A stretch of DNA of 64,000 bases, from the NCBI GenBank assembly GCA_964187785.1, contig OZ076409.1:79858001-79922000 (forward strand), written 5' to 3'. The number at the start of each line of letters is the position of its first letter. Position 1 is the first letter of the stretch. Shown here piece after piece: positions 36,601 through 46,439 of the stretch. The DNA is from Amphiscolops sp. MND2022. Taxonomy: Eukaryota. The notes under the pieces were generated by a model. That model was not told the DNA's origin. It searched no databases and worked only from the letters and a program-made list of their open reading frames with translations. The position numbers and the translations under genes were made by a program.

Positions 36601-37218
36601 CAGTCGCAACCTCTACATAATGCGGAGCGCCAGATATCCTGGGAGTTGGCCGGATTTCCCATGCCACAGCAACTCGCTGAACTGACGTTAGCCGAAGTAG
36701 AGGTCTTTGTGGCCTCCATGGCTCCGGTTTTGGCCCGAATTTTCGGCGCAATTGGTGTCTGCAGGTACCCAACTAAGCCCCTCGCGAGAGCAGTGCAGGT
36801 GCATATGGTATCCTTCTGCACCTATCTTCAAGGACGCCCCTCGCTGACTTACCCACGCGTTGTACAGGCCGTACTGAGTGGAGAAATGCCGCATGGGTAC
36901 ACTACTCTGAAGTCTGAGAAACAGTTGGAGGAGAATTTGATGGGGCTACTGCGTGCTCGCACGCGAAAATTATGTCCTTTGCCGCGGGAGTACGGCCCAA
37001 TCAATTGGTACTCCGCCCCCCTCAGCCTGAATGGAGTCCCCTTCCGATTTCCATGGACCCAAGAGTTCATTCGTAAGGTGATCCGTGCCAGCACTAGTGC
37101 TGGTCCACCCATAGACCCCCTCTACAGTTTCCGGTGCATCACTTTCCCAAACCATTACTGGAAAGAACCACTGGGATGGCCCAGACCGAAGCACATTGGT
37201 CGCGCCCTGAGACCTTAA
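33662..37218 (+). pseudogene. Gypsy extra large ORF (~1180 aa reconstructed) with an SGNH-hydrolase-like core; frameshifts at ~35750 and ~35815
   Basis: ATG-started 737-aa and 469-aa frames bridged by part of ORF 35508-35879; motifs CVAVDS, LTMPLS, VIFANLLDH, ALFVSPP, GDLRPDALSY. Confidence 0.55.
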
Positions 37219-37940
37219 ACCGACAGATCCAACATATGGAACTGGCGCAAATCCCGGGTTGGATTGAAGAAGCCGCCCAAATTCGACAGCGAAATCTTCT
37301 GTGCCGCATTACTCCGTTTCCCCGAAGATCTATATGGAGGCCCCAGGGAAAGATGACGATGTCAGGAGATATGTCAATCGTGTTACACGATGAGATAAAT
37401 TCTGTCCTAGGTTCTGAAGCCCGTGCAGAATGGGAGGGACGTTGCTTGGAACTGGAGATTGCCAGCTTCCCGAAATGGAAGCGAGCTTGCGAGCTCTGGA
37501 ATCAACCTGGCTGGGTTTCCAAGCGAGTATCCTTGGCTGTGGAGAGTCGAGCCGAGACCGCCAGACAACAGGCGTTCGCGCCTACCATGCTCGCACCAAC
37601 AATGGCCATGTCGCGGAATCAACCCAGCGTACGACCCATAACCCTTGATCTACCCACTCATGTCTTGAACCCAGAGCCTATCAGTCCACCGTCGTCACAG
37701 GCCAGTCCTCAGTCATCGCAGCCCCAAACCGGAGAACACGCCGCTGAACTGACCCCCAACACTATCCTGGTGCAGCCGATCGCCGATTTAGCGCTCCCAG
37801 AAGACCTTTCAGACTCGGAAACAGTAGTTTCTGTAGTTCCTGCTCAACGTAGAGCGTCAGTCGCGTTGGAAGATGCTAGCAATCCAGGAACTTCCGATGA
37901 TGCCACCAAGAATCGAGCTCGACGCAGCTCAGCCCAATGA
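37134..37940 (+). CDS. Gypsy terminal extra ORF (268 aa) or frameshifted continuation of the large ORF; unknown function
   Basis: Open frame overlapping the end of 35809-37218; Trp-rich core and P/S-rich tail. Confidence 0.45.
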   Translation: MHHFPKPLLERTTGMAQTEAHWSRPETLNRQIQHMELAQIPGWIEEAAQIRQRNLLCRITPFPRRSIWRPQGKMTMSGDMSIVLHDEINSVLGSEARAEWEGRCLELEIASFPKWKRACELWNQPGWVSKRVSLAVESRAETARQQAFAPTMLAPTMAMSRNQPSVRPITLDLPTHVLNPEPISPPSSQASPQSSQPQTGEHAAELTPNTILVQPIADLALPEDLSDSETVVSVVPAQRRASVALEDASNPGTSDDATKNRARRSSAQ

Positions 37941-38696
37941 ACCCTGCCGCCAATGGGAGCGTTCGCGCTCCCCATAGACTCTCAACTCTGCCGAAATATT
38001 GCCTTCAAACTTATAGCTTTAACCGGTGCTACCCGTACATGGTGCAATTTTTTGTTCATAGTTATTACTTAGTTAATGTATTGTTAGTATTGCGCTGGGT
38101 GTACGGCCAATAGAGTGCGCCTGCCCCAGCTGCTTGGCCCACAAAGTTGAAAAAAGAAACTATTACCAAAAAAAACTGCTATTTTCGTTGCGCACCGTTC
38201 GCGGTGTTTTTGAGTTGCCATAGTCAAGAAAAAGTCTTAGCCTTTTAGTTACAGTTTTTGCTGTTTTTCCTTGCTTTTTGTTGTTCAAGCATCTTCTATC
38301 GACTGTCTGAGGAGTAGGCAAATCTGCGCTCTCCCAAAAGAAGTTTTACGTTGCCCGAAATTGACTGAAAACTGTAAATGTCAAGTTGCATTTAAAAAAG
38401 AGATTTCAGCTGACCTTGGTCGCAAAAGAATTTTTAGCGAAAACTGCTTGCCCAAACGAGCTTTAACCGACTGAAAACCTTAGCTCTCGAGCTGGTGCTA
38501 AAACCTCGTTCGCATTCTTGTAAACAATACTAGGCAGTAAGATTTTCTTTGAGAAAAACCGCGAAAATTGACCAAAATTGTTGCTGAAAAACAAGGACTT
38601 GTCCTTGTCTCCTGATGTGTGGATGATGGTTCCCAGCAGTCATGGTGACGCAGTTTCTAGACGAGCCCAGACGCCGCTTGCCAGGGACGACAAGCC

Positions 38697-38713
38697 AGAA
38701 GCCCGGGGAGTGA
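38697..38713 (+). promoter_or_regulatory. Gypsy polypurine tract
   Basis: agaagcccggggagtga immediately before the 3' LTR tgtaac. Confidence 0.6.
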
Positions 38714-41057
38714 TGTAACGGCAAGCTCTGGTACAGCAATATCCACCGATTTTGCAACTCGACATGTTCAGATATTTTGCCAAAAATTCGTTCAAATCTG
38801 ACGTGGCACTCAAACATGCTCAAGATGAAGTACCTGCCAGAAAAGCACCCCAGAAAATCAGAAATCGCCGCCCGCGAAGAGCGAACGCAAGAAACGACCA
38901 AAAAGACGTACTTTTCGTCTAAAAAACACGGTATTGTGCCCATCCCCAAGAGATCGACACTACTATAGTACCGGAAACCCGTGTTCCAGATGTTCGCCTG
39001 AGTATCCCTGCAGTGTCCTGTGTGGTGACGAGCGCTAGCGCTGGGAGCCGAAGTCATTTTCTACCAAAATGACTCAAACTGTTAATTTTGTTGTATTTCT
39101 CTTTGCTGTAGATTGATATGCTCGAGAGCTGCTCTTGAACATCTATGTTTACATATTTGGATATGTCGATTTTATCAGATTCTCCAATACTATGGCTCAA
39201 CCTCCTCTTGTTTTCAGCCCCCTTTTTAAAGGCTAGTTGAGCAGTGGTCTTGAGTTATGCAAGATGCCTGTTGTTGGCGCAAGTCAATTGCGAGATCAGA
39301 ATCTCAAATTTGAACGTGACTGATGAAACTTACAACTCAAAAGACTTAGAAAATTTATCATGATTTTAGTTGGAAAATTTACAAGTTTCAGCAGAAAATT
39401 GCCTGAGGGAAAAAACACCACCCCCCCCCCCCCGTCCCGACGAACCGCTCGTTCAACAACCTCGAAACTTGGCACATATATAGTGGTGGTGCTTTCCTAA
39501 CTTTTCACTCTTAACAAGCTACCCCGTATCTCCCCTGGGTTCAGAGCAATTAACACCCAAAGTGACCTAGGTCGTACCCCATGAATTACCCAATTTTGAT
39601 GTATTAATATTTATGTGATTTTCTCATTTGACCTTGAAGGAAATGTAACTCTGTTGAAATTTATGATATTTACATTGTGTAAACATACTTTCTAACCCAC
39701 CTAACCACCATGCCAAAACCACCACATTCTTTGTTTACATAGCCAATAACTTTAATAATTCACTTGAATGTCATTTAATTATACAACATATTTCAACTGA
39801 TATTTGCTTATATTTACTGTAGAATTGTAAACCACATGTGTACCATTATTAGAGAGAGATTTTAACGACTGAATAGCTGTATTCAAGTTGGGTCTTAGGA
39901 CCATTTCAATTCTCAGTTCATTTCTTCACCTCTTTTCGACTTTTCGCCAAAGACTTAGGGCGACTAAGTTAGTTACTCTCATCTTGTGGAGAGTTGGACG
40001 TGTTAAGAGACAAGGAAGAAGTGCAATTCGGGATCATTGGATCCTACTAAGTCAAGATACAGTCCTTTTAATCTAAGAAGCAAGCAGTGTTCGGTAACGA
40101 TCCGCAGTGCCGAGCACCGAATTCAGGGCGGCGTAAAGTTTGGTCAATTGAAGGGATCAAGCAGCCGTTACATTTGGTCCGCCGACCCGGACATCATCTT
40201 TTGGGCGGACATCATCACATTGGGCGGACATCAAAAGTTGGAGTGGACATCAATCAGGGTGGACACTACAAGAGGAACGTCGTCTTCATCGTGGGTGAAT
40301 TGCATTCGTGGTGGAAGACACGTGAGCAGTTAGAGTCATCAAACGGGTGACACAACATCTCTCTGTTCAAGTTACACGAAGTTTGAAAGAGCTTCCGTGC
40401 TGGTTTCTGTGGCAAACCAGAGAGCTGGGAGGACAAGCCTAATTGTAGGGACCTTCCAAAACTAGAAGTTGCAACAGGTGATCCTGTTCGCACAGCAATC
40501 GAAAAGTATTGCAAGAGTCGTTGCATTCGAACGGAATCGCGACAAGTAGCTGAGACAACTATTCACGACGAATGAGAACTGTGGACACTGGGTCTAGAGT
40601 TGGTGATTGGAACTCTGGGAAAGTGTACACTGGGGCTTCGGTATTGGACTATTGGGCGATTTGGAACTTGATTGGTTGTGTACTCTGGGAGTTGGGCTTT
40701 AGCAGGAGACAATTGTGCTTCAATTCCAGTTTGGGACGATTGGTATCCTTGGGAAACGTATTCCTAATTGAAAGCAAAGGTTTTAACTAAGACGTCGCTG
40801 CAAGCATATCCACCAAGTAAAGCAAAAGGATCGAGTCATTGGGCGAGGTCCACCGAATCAATCAAATTCGTCAACGAAGGCAAGCATAATCGACATTTTG
40901 GGTTGATTCTTCAAGAATTGGCGATTGATTACTGCGTTGAGCAGTTGAGATTTCAGATCTTACAAATTGCTGAGTTTGGGAAAAGTGACAAAGTCGACAA
41001 GAAACTATTGTGTAGTCAGAAAGTCCTCGGTTAAACAATAAACTGCAATCTGAACAA

Positions 41058-42719
41058 ATGAACGCCAGAAAGAAAGAAATGCTCGAGGTGCAACATCCTC
41101 GAATGACAAATGTATTTGATCAAAGAAACACAAATCAGAGCCAAGAACTGATGGACCTCAGATCAAGAGATTTGGAAAATGATTCCGACTGGTACGTGTG
41201 GCGCTTTTATGTGGACACTGTGGCCACCCAAGTCGGAAGACTACGGACTCTGATTAAAGACTTGGATGACAAGCTTGACGAGCAGGGCGCTAGTCTTTGC
41301 AAAGGAAAATTGAAAGATTGGGTATTCGAATATCGCGAGAATAAACAAGCATTGTTGCATAACGTAGATCTCATGTTGGACCTCACGAACGAAGCAACGC
41401 AAAGACAGCTCAATCGAAGTGTGACTGAATGGGAAGAAATCTTTGTAAAATTAGAAGACAGCTGGGGATATTGGTTCCCTGATGTAAAGACAATGTTGAA
41501 AAATCCAAAAAATAAAACAGACAAAACGAAACTTCGCCAAGTGGCAAGTGGAACCTGCACAGATGCGACTATGAGATGCACTTACACAAGGAAGCTCAAG
41601 CAAATTAGTTTCAATCCAACAAAACGCAATTGCTCAGTGGAAGTAACTAGTGAAAATAAATCACTGGCACAGTCAAACAGGGTAACGGATGAAGAACGAC
41701 GGGTTGTTGGAGCAGCCAACCCCTGTGATGTGATTAAATCAATCAGTGATGTGAAAGTGTTAATCGAACAAAGCAACAACGAGTCAGTCAAAGCAACCTC
41801 AAAGAGCAACAGAACAACAGCTAGTTCTAAGTCATTTAATGCAAAACGAATACTTCTTCTAGAATTGGAAGCAATGAAGAAACGAGATGAAATTGATGAG
41901 CAGCTAGCTGCAGCAAGACGCAAAGCCGAGATCCGAAAGAAACAATGGGAGATGGACATGAGGATACTCGCAGAAAAACTCGAAATTGCTAGGCTCGAAG
42001 AAGAAAGCGCGAGGACTAAACAAGTTGCCAACCAAGAAATTGAGTTAGCGCGAAATGAAATGCAGCTAAAACTGACACAATCACAGAAAGTGACAAAGCA
42101 GTTGCAACCATGCAAAGTTCCGCAGGAATGTTATCGGACTTTCAAGGCAATCTCGAACTCAACAAAGCCTCTTACAGGAGCGGAACTGCGTGAGCAAAGC
42201 GCTCACTCTCGGAACAACATGAATGAAGTGACGAACAAACGGTCACACCAGAGAAGCAACAAGGAACCCTGTTTTGGGCGAACTGATGCAAAGAGTATTG
42301 TTGGATCACTTTGGCGCTCGAACCATAAAAGCGTTGAAAGTAGTTCAATGATGAGAACTGTGAAGCAAACTCAACCAAGGCAAACTTCGAGCAAAGAAAG
42401 TTCAAGTGGTCGTAATGAATCGCTGAAAAGAAAAGACGACGTTTTGGGCAAGCAAGAAGAAATGGTTTTGCTCAAAACTCTTAACTGGACAACAAAAGGA
42501 AAGTGTACAGTGAAAAAATGGAAACCTGAGCAGATGAAGTGTTCAGACAAGTGTCCAAACCATGGAAAGTTGCAAGACAAAACTACCAAACGTGAAGCAC
42601 ATGAAGACTCAAATATGAGAAATGTTGAAAGCGATGCAAACAAAGGAACCTCGAAAAATCTAATCGCAGAATGGATGTGGAACTGGCCAGAAACGTTCGT
42701 TGTAGACATTGGCTGGTAA
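41058..42719 (+). CDS. Gag-like coiled-coil protein of BEL2 (553 aa)
   Basis: SKSNRTTASSKSFNAKRILLLELEAMKKRDE resembles BEL1 gag TKSNKTSVISKTSSARRVLDLEIKALKEQEE. Confidence 0.55.
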   Translation: MNARKKEMLEVQHPRMTNVFDQRNTNQSQELMDLRSRDLENDSDWYVWRFYVDTVATQVGRLRTLIKDLDDKLDEQGASLCKGKLKDWVFEYRENKQALLHNVDLMLDLTNEATQRQLNRSVTEWEEIFVKLEDSWGYWFPDVKTMLKNPKNKTDKTKLRQVASGTCTDATMRCTYTRKLKQISFNPTKRNCSVEVTSENKSLAQSNRVTDEERRVVGAANPCDVIKSISDVKVLIEQSNNESVKATSKSNRTTASSKSFNAKRILLLELEAMKKRDEIDEQLAAARRKAEIRKKQWEMDMRILAEKLEIARLEEESARTKQVANQEIELARNEMQLKLTQSQKVTKQLQPCKVPQECYRTFKAISNSTKPLTGAELREQSAHSRNNMNEVTNKRSHQRSNKEPCFGRTDAKSIVGSLWRSNHKSVESSSMMRTVKQTQPRQTSSKESSSGRNESLKRKDDVLGKQEEMVLLKTLNWTTKGKCTVKKWKPEQMKCSDKCPNHGKLQDKTTKREAHEDSNMRNVESDANKGTSKNLIAEWMWNWPETFVVDIGW

Positions 42720-45062
42720 GACTTCCGATCAGAAACCCTCCTCGTGGATACAGAGCAAATTTTGGAAGAAGAGATTCACTTGGTCATGAGTGAGCACTTG
42801 GTAGTGCAAACAGAGGAGACTTTGGATTACAGAATGACTGAAACAAGGAAAGAGCATCGAAGCTCAGCCTTCGCATCGAACAATGAAACTTCGGAAGAAA
42901 TGAGTGTGCAATTGGAACTGCTGCAAGAGATGGCAGAATTTTCCACCGTACTGCAGGACGTGCGACAGGGGAAACTATTCCAAGTGACAGTGTTTTATGA
43001 CATTACTCTACTTCTTGAAGAAAAAAAACAAATGTTATGAATTTGTCAAAAGTTATGACTTTGTGAATGAACAACGTTATACACTGCCAGGAGACTTGAA
43101 TGAAATAGTCATGTATCAAAAGCTATGCCACGTTGCATTGAAACATGATAAACCCGCGAAAGGCAATGCTAAAGTTGAAACACAAATCGTGAATGCAACC
43201 TTTGGAAAGAAGACGGATTTCGACTTCAATGAATGTCTTTTAGAAGAAACTATCCCGAGTCATAGTAATATATGGAACCCTTGGACTGGTAATGGAAACT
43301 CTGGAATGGACGCAGTGTCACAGGCTAATGGCATTAATAAAACTCAATTGAGCAAAGGCCACCGCAAGCGACCGAAGAAAAGATCTTGGAAGATTGAACA
43401 TAACTGGAACCTGATTCATGGAATGGAGGAAGGCGCTCAGTTGAAAGTGAATGGAACACCACAAGATGACACACTTTGGCTACGTGAGTTCAGAGATAAC
43501 TCATCAGTGACAAGAATAGAAATGTGTTCTTTGAAAGTACCAGCAACAAGTTGGAGCAACGGGTCTTGCAATGGGCCGGCTGCACTTTTCAAGACATTGT
43601 GGACTTGGCATGGGTCTTTTGGCAAATTGGAAGTTTCTGATGATCTATCGCAGCCGGATAGAAACCTAGATGAAAAGAAAGTAGAATTTTGTGGTGAAAG
43701 AAGCTCGGTGACGCTCTAGGAACAGAAGCGAAAGCGAAACTCCACAGCATTGCAGTTACTGGGAGAAAACTCGGATGTAGCTACGGAAAACGATGTGTCA
43801 GAAAGCAGAGTGCTAAATGTAGTGCAGCGACTGAGCTTAAAACACAACTCCCCCCCCTATTGGATGCAAAGAGAACATTGAACACGAAGGAAAAAACTGC
43901 AGTCGCAGTAATGTTGGAAATTTTCTTCATCTATTGGTGATGATGATGGATGATTCAATAATCTCTCACGAACGCCAAATTGATTGCTTGAATATGAAAC
44001 GATTAGAGAACCAATTCTGTTTGATATACGTCCCCCGCAGTTATTCAACTTTGATGAGGAAATATGCAGCAGAGCAAATCTTGGCAAACTGGCTGAAGAC
44101 ATTTTTGACCTACCTGGAAATCTACTCTTTGGATGTTGAAGTAATTATGGAAGTCGAGCTAAATGAGCTGAAGCATTTTGGCAGTGTACTTTTCGAGGGC
44201 TCACAAGAAAAGCAATTGATTGAACTCAGTGAATGTCGGACGTTGGTGATGAAGTTTGCGATAATTGGGAAAATTGAGACTTCAAATGAGAAAATAGTTT
44301 TATGGAAATATTTTGTTGTGTTTTTTGAACGTGTGGAAAACAACCTTACGGTCGGCGAAGTGGGTTATGGGCTAAAAAAACATTGCAGCAGAGAGAGAAC
44401 ACATCAAGCAACTGACAAAGATGACTATGAATCTGGAGATCTCAGAAAGACAACGACAATTGATGACGAACTGAAACGACCAGTAGTGAGACTGGCACCC
44501 CTGTTCTATGAAAGTGTTTTTCGGGAGAAAAACAGGGCCGGCAATGTTGGCGCCAGTCAATTGCGAGATCAGAATCTCAAATTTGAACGTGACTGATGAA
44601 ACTTACAACTCAAAAGACTTAGAAAATTTATCATGATTTTAGTTGGAAAATTTACAAGTTTCAGCAGAAATATGCCTGAGGGAAAAAACACCACCCCCCA
44701 CTGTCCCGACGAACCGCTCGTTCAACAACCTCGAAACTTGGCACATATATAGTGGTGGTGCTTTCCTAACTTTTCACTCCTAACAAGCTACCCCGTATCT
44801 CCCCTGGGTTCAGAGCATTTACCACCCAAAGTGACCTAGGTCGTACCCCATGAATTACCCAATTTTGATGTATTAATAATTATGTGATTTTCTCATTTGA
44901 CCTTGAAGGAAATGTAACTCTGTTGAAATTTATGATATTTACATTGTGTAAACATACTTTCTAACCCACCTAACCACCATGCCAAAACCACCACATTCTT
45001 TGTTTACATAGCCAATAACTTTAATAATTCACTTAAATGTCATTTAATTATACAACATATTT

Positions 45063-45412
45063 GGGTGGCTGTAAATAGGTCGAATTTTTCTGGTCGAAAG
45101 GACTGAGGTCGAACCTTTTGATCGAATTACAGGGATCGAATGGAATGCGGTCGAATTTTATCGTATTTGTTGTATGGCTCGGTCGCTTCGCTCCCTTCGC
45201 CAAGTAGCAACATTGAGGCATGGCCATATGGCACGTCGCTCCGCTTCGCTTCGCTCCTGCATTCAGGGCACTAGGGGTATGTGAACATATCTGACTACGT
45301 TATAAAAATTTCGATCCGAGTTGTTTCGATCCCATTCAAAAATTTGGTATTGTCGACCTGAGGACTAACTCTGATTTTCGATCCCGTTCCTTCGACCTAT
45401 TTCCGCCCACCC
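45063..45412. mobile_element. Mutator-like MITE (family D) in the BEL2 3' LTR
   Basis: Perfect 9-bp TSD aacatattt (45054-45062, 45413-45421); empty site in the 5' LTR at ~39785. Confidence 0.93.
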
Positions 45413-46439
45413 AACATATTTCAACTGATATTTGCTTATATTTACTGTAGAATTGTAAACCACATGTGTACCATTATTAGAGAGAGATTTTAACGACTGA
45501 ATAGCTGTATTCAAGTTGGGTCTTAGGACCATTTCAATTCTCAGTTCATTTCTTCACCTCTTTTCGACTTTTCGCCAAAGACTTAGGGCGACTAAGTTGG
45601 TTACTCTCATCTTGTGGAGAGTTGGACGTGTTAAGAGACAAGGAAGAAGTGCAATTCGGGATCATTGGATCCTACTAAGTCAAGATACAGTCCTTTTAAT
45701 CTAAGAAGCAAGCAGTGTTCGGTAACGATCCGCAGTGCCGAGCACCGAATTCAGGGCGGCGTAAAGTTTGGTCAATTGAAGGGATCAAGCAGCCGTTACA
45801 CCTGTTACTTTTAGCAGTTACAGACTGGGACCAGGCCAGAGAGTTTCTTACAAGACGGTTCCCCCACCTTGGGACTGGCTCCTTCGGAGGGAAAATGAGC
45901 TAGGGCCGCGGAGATCTAAGTCCCAGATTATATTCGCTGTTCTAGTTCCTCCACTCTAAGTTACGGTTCAAGCGCCGGCGCTTATCGTTACAGATCGTAG
46001 TGGGAGCTGGTCTTTGCTACGGTGAGGGCGAGCGTGCATACACCGCATATGCCCCACATTATGATATTTCCGGGAGTTGACATTTTTATTCCTTGAATTG
46101 GAATGGAGTTGGCTTAATTTTGTGGTCACTTGGCTTGAAATTTTTAAGCCAAATGACTCTACGAAAAAATTAAGCCAAATGGTATTAAGCCAAGTGACTG
46201 GTAACCCTATATTTTATTTAAACTGACTGCATTGTACTTAACTTCTGTACTGGTACTATTGTTCAATTTTTTAAACATAGCATTAGAGAAAATTTAATTC
46301 TTTCTTTCTTCTTAAGTTTAATTTTTTGAGCACATTTGATCCTCAAGTTGATCCCCCATCGAAACCTTTTCAAGCTGAAATTGTCTCATTACCGGTTTAT
46401 GTTTTTAATGTTCTAAGCTCTGCTCAATTCCAGGTGATA

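Larger units (their letters stand above)
39272..45800 (+). mobile_element. Non-autonomous BEL/Pao-derived LTR element (BEL2, ~6.2 kb without its MITE)
   Basis: LTRs 39272-40172 and 44545-45800; TSD cctgt (39267-39271, 45801-45805); PBS 40175-40192 same as BEL1; no RT/RH/IN core motifs; retains KRPVVRLAPLFYESVFREKNRAGNVGAS. Confidence 0.9.
12375..45992 (+). mobile_element. Giant Ty3/Gypsy LTR retrotransposon (~18.5 kb after removing two nested BEL insertions) with extra 3' ORFs
   Basis: tgtaac...gttaca LTRs at both ends; gag-PR-RT-RH-IN order; PBS and PPT; apparent TSD gat within the MITE core. Confidence 0.95.
38714..45992 (+). repeat. Gypsy 3' LTR, split by BEL2 (38714-39271 plus 45806-45992)
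   Basis: Both pieces match the 5' LTR and rejoin at gatgcctgt/tacttttagc. Confidence 0.93.
11672..46206. mobile_element. Non-autonomous TIR element (MITE family C, ttggcttaa motifs) split by ~34 kb of nested insertions
   Basis: TIRs ggtaagtggtcacttggcttaatgccatttggcttaa / rc ggttaccagtcacttggcttaataccatttggcttaa; 8-bp TSD ctatattt at 11664-11671 and 46207-46214; core resumes across the Gypsy insertion (12253-12374 then 45993-46060). Confidence 0.88.

Noticed and set aside
33662..37940. Canonical env glycoprotein
   Set aside because: No N-terminal signal peptide, clear furin-site/fusion-peptide arrangement or C-terminal TM anchor seen
24294..39271. Sequence-specific BEL targeting (both TSDs contain cctg)
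   Set aside because: Only two sites, in opposite element orientation; not statistically meaningful
46326..46439. N-terminal extension of KRI1 in the ORF track
   Set aside because: Starts at TTG and looks like intron/outron sequence ending in ttccag; ATG 46440 preferred
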